Below are positions 1 through 7,260 of a stretch of DNA of 20,003 bases, one piece after another. The notes below the pieces were generated by a model, which did no database searches, was not told where the DNA came from, and saw only the letters and a list, made by a program, of their open reading frames with translations. The stretch covers positions 1 to 20,003 of the forward strand of contig WAKA01000143.1 of NCBI GenBank assembly GCA_015523565.1, given 5' to 3'. The stretch's first letter is position 1. Every line of letters starts with the position of its first letter. The DNA comes from Candidatus Heimdallarchaeota archaeon (lineage in GTDB: Archaea; Asgardarchaeota; Heimdallarchaeia; Heimdallarchaeales; Kariarchaeaceae). The position numbers and the translations under genes were made by a program.

Positions 1-229
1 GGATTGAAACTATCAGTACTAAAGTCTAATTCTGGAAGTTTCTTGAATGTCGCGAACGCCTAAAACCTAGAAATAGGATTGAAACTTGTCCTTAGGTATT
101 TTCCCATTTTTGATCTCTTTTGTCGCGAACGCCTAAAACCTAGAAATAGGATTGAAACGTACATAGACCGAAGAGATAATTTTTTCAAATTCGTCGCGAA
201 CGTCTAAAACCTAGTAATAGGATTCAAGC
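1..229 (+). CRISPR. CRISPR array, trailer end; 37-bp repeat GTCGCGAACGCCTAAAACCTAGAAATAGGATTGAAAC; continues left of the window
   Basis: Partial repeat at 1-10, identical repeats at 49-85 and 122-158, and a degenerate terminal repeat at 193-229 (4 mismatches). Unique spacers are 38, 36 and 34 nt (11-48, 86-121, 159-192). The repeat has a CCTA-GAAA-TAGG hairpin followed directly by the 8-nt ATTGAAAC handle typical of Cas6-processed class 1 repeats. Confidence 0.97.
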
Positions 230-259
230 AGAGGATATGTATCTCGAATACATATCTCT
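230..259. repeat. Near-perfect palindrome directly after the last CRISPR repeat
   Basis: AGAG(G)ATATGTAT(C)TCGAATACATATCTCT is a 28-bp perfect palindrome once two single extra bases in the left arm are removed. Core arms are GATATGTAT (234-242) and ATACATATC (248-256). Confidence 0.75.
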
Positions 260-269
260 AAGACATTAA

Positions 270-300
270 TTGCGTTTAGCCACCACTATACGCAAAAAAA
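270..300 (-). terminator. Possible terminator region between the convergent CRISPR and amylase transcripts
   Basis: Imperfect hairpin with arms TTGCGT (270-275) and ACGCAA (290-295). The A7 run at 294-300 reads as oligo-T on the minus strand downstream of the amylase stop. Confidence 0.3.
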
Positions 301-376
301 TAACATCGGTTGAAATGATTGAGATTGAAGCAGTCAGGAAGAAGAGGGATAATTGATTTTTGGCTTGATTTACAAT

Positions 377-2656
377 TCACCAGCGTTTTTTCATTACAAC
401 AGCAATCGCCATGGCAGACGCAATGAATGAAATGTATGCACTGGAAGAGGTTGAAACAGAGAATTGGGAAGGTATTGGAAGGGCAGTTGTTGATGAGATG
501 GTCTGTACGGGTTGTGAAGATGTCTCGCTTGAGGGCATCCCAGTTGGTGTGCTTATTTCTGGAAGGGTTATTTGGAAGGTTTGGGGCATGAATATCCAGC
601 TTGTCTGATCCTTTTCAATGGTTAGGTCAGTTGGGATGGAGTCAAGGACATTGGAGCTGTTTGACAATGCGGAGATCACTTTCACACTGATTCCCGTGTT
701 TCCGTCGAGACCAAGCTCTTCAAAGGGGATTGCGACTTCAATGAATCCCATCATTGGATGGCTGGCAGTAGTAATGGAAGTTGGGACAGACTGCCAATTT
801 GAATCAAATTTGTATTTTTCTATTGAGTTGACTACACGAGCATACCCGTTATCAGCGAAGTCTGTCTCCAACCTGAAAAGATAGTCGGGGAGGTCGCTCA
901 GTCCACCGAATCTCACCTGTGATCGGTATGGATGGTCATTGCTTCCGCCTTTCTTTACGTCGACCGCAATTTCAAAATCGACAGGTCCTTTTGTCCAGTT
1001 GTAGAAATTTACATAGGAGAAACCGACATATAGGTTTGAATCATCCTGTTTCAGGTAGAGGTTTCTGAGGTCAGAGATTTGCAGGTCTTCCAGTTGGTCG
1101 ATTGAGGCAGGGGTTCCCCATTGCAGTTCAGGTTCCCCATCGACGGAGATTTGTGCATAGCTCAAATTGTCGGGGTATTGGGCAATGCCCTTGGGGATTT
1201 TCAGGTCAATGTTTGTCTGGAGGGTTGGGTCTGGGGAATATATGAGGAAACCACCTGCGGGGATTGTAAGGGAGACAGTTCCGTTTTCATCAGAAAGGAT
1301 GGAATCGCTGGCATTCAGCAAGTTGTATAAGCGAGTGTTTTTCCATTTGGTAGTTACAGTTGCATTCTGTGCGTCAAATTCTTGGTCAGTAATTGCAATG
1401 ACAAGCCCTGCATGGGAATCGTCACCACTCCGTTGTGCCACGTATATGTCTTGGTTGACAAACAGGCGGGTCAAGTTTCCATATGCATGTTCATTGTGGA
1501 TCTTGACCAGTTGGATGATGAGGTTTCGGAGGTTGGGGTTGACATAGTCCATATAGAAGACGGAGGGGTATCCAGGGTGTGTCATGATGTAGGCATAGCC
1601 CAACAGCCTTCTATTGTCCCTGATATTGAACTTGTCCCTGTAGGTGTCATGGTTGACGACAAAGGTGACTGCCTTGCTGGGATCAATATTGCTGACCCCT
1701 TGGTCAACAAGAGTGCTTATGTCTCCTGTGCCATTTGTGTTGAAGTCCTTGCGCATGGCTTCAAGGAGGGCAAAATCCATTGCATAAGTTGTATCGTTTG
1801 TCTTATGGACATAGTCCAATACTTCGTTTGGATCTGGAGTATACATCCAGTATTCGTCGACGCCAAACATCTCACCTGGAAACCTGCTGACATTCTGCAT
1901 CCAATATTGGATCATTGCGGGATCGATGAATTGGGCAGAGTCGAAACGGTAACCGTCAAAGCCGATTTCATCACGGAGCCACTTTGCCCATTCGATAAGC
2001 ATTGTCTGTACCTCTGGATTTTTGTGGGAAATGTCGGGGAAGTCTCCGTATTGGCCTGCATCGCCAGATCCATATGAATTTGGCCAAAAGTGGGTATAGT
2101 TCATCTTGAGTTTGCCACTTGCCACATTCATGAAATTTGTCGGAGTATAGTCGCCGACAAATGGGTTGTATTCCAAGTCTCCACCGACCCTGTGATTGAC
2201 AACAGTGTCAATGATTGCGCCAATGTTTCTTTCATTTGCGGCGGCAATCAGGTCGATAAGTTCCTGTTGGGTGCCGAAGAGTGTACGGACACGACCCTTT
2301 TGATAATAGGCACCAAGGTCATAATAGTCGTATGGCTCATATCCACCTGTTGCAGGGTATCCAGCTCTTGTTTTTTGTGGGGGAGGGAGCCACATTGAGT
2401 CAAAACCGTGCGAGGCGATCTCATCGATGTTGTCATAAAGCATTCTCCAGTGGGTTCCCCTGTCGGGCATGTCCCAATAGAAGGGCTGGAAAAGGACTTT
2501 TGAGCCGATGGGGATCACTTGGGATGCAGGAGGGAGGTGCGATCCATGGGGTCTTGGCTTATGCGGTATTGAATAAGACACATTTCCCTTGGAAGAGGGA
2601 GAAGGGAGGGAGATCAGAGACAATGCAAGGATTGCCAAAAGAAGATATGTTTTCAC
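377..2656 (-). CDS. amyA: Secreted, C-terminally membrane-anchored GH13 alpha-amylase (Thermococcales GH13_7-like catalytic domain plus DOMON/CBM9-like domain)
   Basis: Signal peptide MKTYLLLAILALSLISL. GH13 conserved regions DTVVNH, GFDGYRFD (nucleophile), DEYW (acid/base) and FVVNHD. GYEPYDYYDLGAYYQKG and DLEYNPFVGDYT..NF..VASGK closely resemble the Pyrococcus amylase. C-terminal beta domain (LYLKQDDSNLYVG...IEVAIPFEELG), S/T/P linker, TM helix and KKRW. GTG start. Confidence 0.92.
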   Translation of the reverse strand: MKTYLLLAILALSLISLPSPSSKGNVSYSIPHKPRPHGSHLPPASQVIPIGSKVLFQPFYWDMPDRGTHWRMLYDNIDEIASHGFDSMWLPPPQKTRAGYPATGGYEPYDYYDLGAYYQKGRVRTLFGTQQELIDLIAAANERNIGAIIDTVVNHRVGGDLEYNPFVGDYTPTNFMNVASGKLKMNYTHFWPNSYGSGDAGQYGDFPDISHKNPEVQTMLIEWAKWLRDEIGFDGYRFDSAQFIDPAMIQYWMQNVSRFPGEMFGVDEYWMYTPDPNEVLDYVHKTNDTTYAMDFALLEAMRKDFNTNGTGDISTLVDQGVSNIDPSKAVTFVVNHDTYRDKFNIRDNRRLLGYAYIMTHPGYPSVFYMDYVNPNLRNLIIQLVKIHNEHAYGNLTRLFVNQDIYVAQRSGDDSHAGLVIAITDQEFDAQNATVTTKWKNTRLYNLLNASDSILSDENGTVSLTIPAGGFLIYSPDPTLQTNIDLKIPKGIAQYPDNLSYAQISVDGEPELQWGTPASIDQLEDLQISDLRNLYLKQDDSNLYVGFSYVNFYNWTKGPVDFEIAVDVKKGGSNDHPYRSQVRFGGLSDLPDYLFRLETDFADNGYARVVNSIEKYKFDSNWQSVPTSITTASHPMMGFIEVAIPFEELGLDGNTGISVKVISALSNSSNVLDSIPTDLTIEKDQTSWIFMPQTFQITLPEISTPTGMPSSETSSQPVQTISSTTALPIPSQFSVSTSSSAYISFIASAMAIAVVMKKRW

Positions 2657-2679
2657 TAATTTTCAATTCAAGTGGGACA

Positions 2680-2687
2680 TTTATAAA
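2680..2687 (-). promoter_or_regulatory. Archaeal TATA box of amylase (leaderless transcript)
   Basis: TTTATAAA on the minus strand 24-31 nt upstream of GTG 2656; no SD motif. Confidence 0.6.
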
Positions 2688-2731
2688 TTTGGAAGCAGGA
2701 AAAGATGCAAAGAATAAAATGGCCTTTGAGA

Positions 2732-3673
2732 CTAATTGGATTTCTTTAATCGTTTAAGCTCTTTTTCTGCTTTTTCCGCCCGTCTCATTGCACCGTCTGC
2801 CCTATTCCTTTCTTTTTCGGCTTCTTTCTCTTTTTCCTCCAGCATTTTCTCAGCCTTTCTGAGTTTTTCAGAAATTCGTCCCTTTTCTTTTTCCATTTCC
2901 TTCTTTTTTTTCTCGATTTTTTTGGATGCGTTTTTTTCTGCCTCTTTGATTTGTTTTTCTGCCTCCATTTGGCATATTTCAGCCCTTGTTTTGATGATTC
3001 GTCTCTTTTCCCTGTCAATCAGCACAAGTCGGTAAGTGGGATAATCCTTGTGATTTTTTCGATATTTGCCTTGTAATTCCATGATTCCGAATTTGAATGG
3101 GAGAATGTCAGGTCGAATATCTATTAGTTTTTTGTAGCTAATATACCCCTTACCCTCGATACAACAGACCTCGCTTAAGTCAGCAATATGGTAGTTTCCG
3201 TCATCCAAATAGATGATCTTGAGAAAAGGGGCTTTAACAATTGCAGGATCGGGGAGATAACCACTGAAAAGCACATAGATGGGGATTCCCAATTTCTGGC
3301 AAATCTGAGCAGTTAAGCCCAAGTCATCATTATATGTTGATGATGAGATGATATTAATTACCATAGTGGGTATGCGACCGTCAAATTCGTCAGAATCATA
3401 GAATGAGAGTCTATAAGGTGGATTAAATCCCTTAAAATAGGAAATGTCAAATGACATCCCGATTTTTTCGTCATCTAAACGGAAATAATGCAGGAAGTTA
3501 CAGAAAGTACGATTCTCAGGATAATTTGTGGAGAGCACATCATGCAGATAGTCAATCACAAGAAAATGAGGTTCACTTATTCCCAAGCGAGTTGGGGAAT
3601 GGGTTGTTTCCCTCATTTGTTTATTTGGAGTCTTGGGGATGGGAGAGGCATAGTCATCATCAACTTTTGGCAT
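2732..3673 (-). CDS. Uma2-family (PD-(D/E)XK) putative endonuclease with C-terminal E/K-rich coiled coil
   Basis: SEPH, FDISYF and P.MVINIISSST..DD...C..LGIPIYVLF follow the Uma2 motif order. The last ~85 aa are EKEK-type heptads. ATG 3673 is preferred over TTG 3676. Confidence 0.75.
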   Translation of the reverse strand: MPKVDDDYASPIPKTPNKQMRETTHSPTRLGISEPHFLVIDYLHDVLSTNYPENRTFCNFLHYFRLDDEKIGMSFDISYFKGFNPPYRLSFYDSDEFDGRIPTMVINIISSSTYNDDLGLTAQICQKLGIPIYVLFSGYLPDPAIVKAPFLKIIYLDDGNYHIADLSEVCCIEGKGYISYKKLIDIRPDILPFKFGIMELQGKYRKNHKDYPTYRLVLIDREKRRIIKTRAEICQMEAEKQIKEAEKNASKKIEKKKKEMEKEKGRISEKLRKAEKMLEEKEKEAEKERNRADGAMRRAEKAEKELKRLKKSN

Positions 3674-3695
3674 CAAAATAAATTTGGCATAGTAA

Positions 3696-3708
3696 ATAAT
3701 AAACTTTT
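3696..3708 (-). promoter_or_regulatory. BRE plus TATA box of the Uma2-like gene
   Basis: The minus strand reads AAAAG-TTTATTAT, with the TATA 23-30 nt upstream of ATG 3673. Confidence 0.55.
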
Positions 3709-3840
3709 AGAGGACAATTTCAGAATTGGTGGATACAGATATAAAATATGTTTTGATTACTAATTTTTTGAAATTAAACAAACATCCCAACAGTCGGAAA
3801 AAGAATTAAGAAGTGAAAAACAAAGATGCTAACGATAAAT

Positions 3841-5730
3841 ATGAAAAAACTGACCCCAATCATATTATCAATACTAACAGTGACAGGCATGTTGGGGGGA
3901 GTTTCAGCAACAGAGGAATCAAAGGTACTGCGTATCGGGATCTCATATGCGCCAAGTGGGATTAATTTGTGGCAAACGGGAGGGTATTCTGAAGACTTGG
4001 TGCGCAATGCAATTTTTGCACCGTTGTATCATCTTACGAAAGATGGAGGATTGATTCCTGATTTGGCATCAGGTCAGCCAATTGTTGAAAATGGAGTTTG
4101 GAAGATAAGATTAAGGGATGGCCTTCAGTTTTCCAACGGGGACCCATTGACGGCAGATGATGTAATATTCACCTACAAGGCACACATGACACCAATTTTG
4201 AGATCACTCAATTATTACAGGTTGTCAGGATTTTTGGAAAGCAATGATTCAGTAGTTAAGATAAATGATACGACAATTGAGTTTCATCCACGGTATTCGG
4301 GTCTTGATTTTGCACCAATTTTGACCATAGGCATATTACCGGAGGAAGTCTATGGGGCAGGCTATGACCAGTGTCTTTCCTCATCAAGCAGTTGTTATTT
4401 GAAGGATGACCTGACAAGCGTGCCCATTGGAGCAGGTCCGTATATTTTGGAGAAATTGCCATATTCAAATCAGGATATGGTGGAATTAACAAGGAATGAC
4501 AAGTACTGGGATATGTCCAATGTGTTTTACGACAAGCTGGAATTGGTACCGTCATACACGGAAGATGGCATTGCATTGTTCAACAACGGTAGTTTGAATT
4601 TATTGAGTCCAAACTTTGCATATGTGAACACGATAAATGAATATAATGTGACCTATGTGGATGGTCAAGTGTCAATCATGTTCATGTTGAATCATAATCA
4701 TCCGTACTATGGAACAGGGGAATTGGTTCCAGATAATGGGTCAAAAATCGTTTCGACAGATGACAGGGTTCAGGCGAGATTTATCAGGAAAGCGATGGAC
4801 TATTTGATTAACAGGACATTTGTAGCCAAAGAGAACTTTGAAGGAATGGCAATGGAAGGGGAAATCATTCTACCACCTTCAGCCATAGGCAGGTCATTGA
4901 TGGATTACAGGAACTATTCAGTTGAGATGGCACGGTCAATGATGGAGAAGGCAGGGTTTGACTATGCCACTCTTGGGAATCCAGATGGCGAGGGGAAATA
5001 TCAGAAATTCTTTTTCAACATAACCATATTGGCCCCCTCCACTTGCCCGGCAAGGAATTTGTATCACAGGGTATTTGGAGAGGAGCTCAAGAAAATAGGG
5101 ATTGGCGTCAAAGAATATGTTGAAGCAGGATGGAATGTGATAGTCCCTAGGACATTTGGCTATGGCAATGCCTCTGTACCGGTCTATGATGAGGGAGGCT
5201 TTGATTTTCTTCCATTGGGTATTTCGATGGACAAATTTGTAAGCACAATATCATGGGTTTATTCAGGCGACAATGACTATCTTAGACAAGACAATTTCAT
5301 CAGTTATTCCAATGCGACCCTCAATGGACATATTGACACTGCAATGAACACGACGGATTTGGAAACCTATTCCAATGAGGTTCAAGCGATTGAGAAGATA
5401 CTGTATGATGATTTGCCGGTATTGACGATTGTCTATCCAAAATCAGGGGTGGCTATTGACAACAAGACACACATAGATCCCGAAGATTTTGCATGGGCAT
5501 CTGTGGATTGGAGGGAAGTGTATGATCGGACATATAGCCCACCAACAAGCGAAACAGGGACATCAGAGAGTACAACATCCAGTCCAGCAGGCACTACGGG
5601 TTCTGGGGTGTCATCCACGAGTGAAAAATCAGGATTGACTTTTATGATTGCCATAATTGCCCTTCCGACAATATTATTCAAGAGGAGAAGAGGGGTGGGC
5701 AAAATTGTTCCAATATGTCTAAATAAGTAA
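3841..5730 (+). CDS. ABC transporter substrate-binding protein, family 5 (OppA/DppA-like), C-terminally anchored
   Basis: Signal peptide MKKLTPIILSILTV. Family-5 signature PDLA...W.I.LRDGLQFSNGDPLTADDVIFTY, plus PIGAGPY, RNDKYW, RKAMDYLINR and LYDDLP. Ends with S/T linker, TM helix and KRRR. Alternative start at 3826. Confidence 0.92.
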   Translation: MKKLTPIILSILTVTGMLGGVSATEESKVLRIGISYAPSGINLWQTGGYSEDLVRNAIFAPLYHLTKDGGLIPDLASGQPIVENGVWKIRLRDGLQFSNGDPLTADDVIFTYKAHMTPILRSLNYYRLSGFLESNDSVVKINDTTIEFHPRYSGLDFAPILTIGILPEEVYGAGYDQCLSSSSSCYLKDDLTSVPIGAGPYILEKLPYSNQDMVELTRNDKYWDMSNVFYDKLELVPSYTEDGIALFNNGSLNLLSPNFAYVNTINEYNVTYVDGQVSIMFMLNHNHPYYGTGELVPDNGSKIVSTDDRVQARFIRKAMDYLINRTFVAKENFEGMAMEGEIILPPSAIGRSLMDYRNYSVEMARSMMEKAGFDYATLGNPDGEGKYQKFFFNITILAPSTCPARNLYHRVFGEELKKIGIGVKEYVEAGWNVIVPRTFGYGNASVPVYDEGGFDFLPLGISMDKFVSTISWVYSGDNDYLRQDNFISYSNATLNGHIDTAMNTTDLETYSNEVQAIEKILYDDLPVLTIVYPKSGVAIDNKTHIDPEDFAWASVDWREVYDRTYSPPTSETGTSESTTSSPAGTTGSGVSSTSEKSGLTFMIAIIALPTILFKRRRGVGKIVPICLNK

Positions 5731-5868
5731 AGCAAGAATATTGAATTGTCCCTTATTTGGGCAAAGCACTCAGCGATCAAAAGACAAAAATCAAGTATTT
5801 TAATTAGAAACAGCAATATCACCTACAAATATCTTAAATTTGGAGAGACAAATTGGACATAGTCAAAG

Positions 5869-7137
5869 ATGATGAACCTTTTCTTTGAGAATACTTTTAC
5901 CCATCCAAGCACAAGGATCCTTTCATCCATATCCAGCAGGCTTGAGGGGAAGCGGATAGTATTGGGGATAACTGGAAGTGTTGCGGCATTTTTGGCACCC
6001 CAATTGGCAAGGGAATTGATACGAAGGGGGGCGACAGTCATTCCAGTGATGACGGAGGCCGCATTGACGATGATAGGGAAGGATTTGATGTGGTGGGCAA
6101 CAGGAGTTGAGCCAATTACCCGTGTGACGGGAAAACTGGAGCATATTGCTTTTGCGGGGGTGATGAACAGGCCTGTTGATTTGATGCTGATTTTTCCCGC
6201 AACAACAAATACAGTGGCAAAATTGGCGGCGGGAGTGGCGGACACACCAGTCACATTGATTGCAAGCAGTCTGCAAGGTGCAGGAGTTCCAATTCAGGTC
6301 ATGGCAGTTGCACATGAGGACTTGATTAATGCAGATGCCATTCAAGAGGCGATCATGAAGCTGAAAAAACGGGGGATAAAGTTCATAGAGCCTGTCAGGG
6401 AGGAAGGGAAGGTAAAAGTGCCCCCTATTGAGGAAGTGGTTTTTGATGTTGTCTCCATGCTTACTCCCAAGATCATGGAGGGTTATCATGCCATTATTAC
6501 AGGTGGACCAACTCATGAACAGATAGACAATGTGAGGTTCATTACAAATGCGGCAAGTGGGAAATCAGCCATTGCACTTGCGATTGAGGCGAAACTCCAT
6601 GGGGCAAAGGTTTCACTGATTTTGGGACCGACAAGGCAATTGGTTCCGAGAATTTTGAATCCAATATATGTGGAAAGTGCGGCGGAGATGAAAGAAAAGG
6701 TTTTGGAGGCATTGAATTCAGAGGAACATCCAATTGTCATATTAAGTGCGGCAGTTGCAGATTTCAGACCAGCAAAGCAATTTAAGGGGAAAACGAAAAG
6801 CGACAGGGAATTGGACATTCATTTGGTTCCAACAGAGAAGATAAGTGACAGCGTGAAGCCCAAAAGGGGAGATAGCATACTGATAGTCTACAAGGCGGAA
6901 TGGGGAGTTTCGAGGCAGGAGCTTATAAGGCGTGCAAGAGAGAAGATGGAAAAGACTAATGCAGATTTGGTTATAGCCAATGACTTATCAAAGGAGGGGG
7001 CAGGGTTCGGTACAGATACAAATCAAGTGTTGATGATCAGACCAGATGGAAAAGTAAGGGAGATTACAGGCTTGAAGACGACAATTGCCTATGAAATAAT
7101 GCAACACCTGATACGGAAATATATCTTGAAGAGATAA
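5869..7137 (+). CDS. coaBC: Bifunctional phosphopantothenoylcysteine decarboxylase / phosphopantothenate-cysteine ligase, archaeal type
   Basis: LGITGSVAA, EHI, PATTNTVAKLAAGVADT, EEGK.K (archaeal clamp), ITGGPTHEQIDNVRFITN.SGK, AAVADF, KAE, IAND and GFGTDTN. Confidence 0.95.
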   Translation: MMNLFFENTFTHPSTRILSSISSRLEGKRIVLGITGSVAAFLAPQLARELIRRGATVIPVMTEAALTMIGKDLMWWATGVEPITRVTGKLEHIAFAGVMNRPVDLMLIFPATTNTVAKLAAGVADTPVTLIASSLQGAGVPIQVMAVAHEDLINADAIQEAIMKLKKRGIKFIEPVREEGKVKVPPIEEVVFDVVSMLTPKIMEGYHAIITGGPTHEQIDNVRFITNAASGKSAIALAIEAKLHGAKVSLILGPTRQLVPRILNPIYVESAAEMKEKVLEALNSEEHPIVILSAAVADFRPAKQFKGKTKSDRELDIHLVPTEKISDSVKPKRGDSILIVYKAEWGVSRQELIRRAREKMEKTNADLVIANDLSKEGAGFGTDTNQVLMIRPDGKVREITGLKTTIAYEIMQHLIRKYILKR

Positions 7138-7144
7138 GAAGAAT

Positions 7145-7212
7145 GCCTCTTCAGAGCTCCAGATTCTGCTCATCGAAGTACTCCTCAAACCAGGGTCTCA
7201 TCATCAGAGGGC
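7145..7212 (-). ncRNA. Box C/D 2'-O-methylation guide sRNA
   Basis: Minus strand reads GCCCUCUG-AUGAUGA (C, 7204-7198)-GACCCUGGU-UUGA (D', 7188-7185)-GGAGUACU-UCGAUGA (C', 7176-7170)-GCAGAAUCUGGAGCU-CUGA (D, 7154-7151)-AGAGGC. The terminal stem CCUCU/AGAGG plus a 3-nt GAU bulge gives canonical K-turn geometry. It is about 68 nt, intergenic, with an upstream promoter. Confidence 0.82.
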
Positions 7213-7235
7213 TAAGTAGAATACGGAACAAACAA

Positions 7236-7248
7236 GTTTAACTTTTTG
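7236..7248 (-). promoter_or_regulatory. BRE plus TATA-like promoter of the C/D sRNA
   Basis: Minus strand CAAAAAG-TTAAAC; the TTAAA element is 25-29 nt upstream of the sRNA 5' G (7212). Confidence 0.55.
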
Positions 7249-7260
7249 GGTAGGGAGTTG

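Noticed and set aside
11-192. Self-targeting of spacers within the window
   Set aside because: No match was seen by eye; a whole-genome search is still needed.
377-2656. Higher GC of the amylase gene as evidence of horizontal transfer
   Set aside because: Spot counts were about 50% versus about 45% in coaBC and about 33% in the giant gene. Amino-acid composition could explain the spread, and a proper codon analysis is needed.
411-2757. Multiple + strand ORFs (up to 231 aa) opposite the amylase
   Set aside because: Antisense shadows of a well-supported gene. The same applies to the short ORFs inside the SBP, coaBC, MFS, giant-protein and esterase genes.
2732-3673. Uma2-like gene as a cas gene (Cas4) or IS transposase
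   Set aside because: It has no Cas4 Fe-S cysteine pattern, no DDE/HUH motif, and no terminal inverted repeats or target duplication were seen.
6988-7188. 66-aa minus-strand ORF
   Set aside because: Antisense to coaBC and overlapping the sRNA; no protein features.
7145-7212. tRNA-Trp gene on the + strand (anticodon-arm-like CAGAG-CTCCAGA-TTCTG)
   Set aside because: There is no D-arm, no GTTCRA T-loop and no cloverleaf. It is better explained as the complement of a C/D guide. No tRNA exons flank the sRNA on the minus strand either, so it is not an intron.
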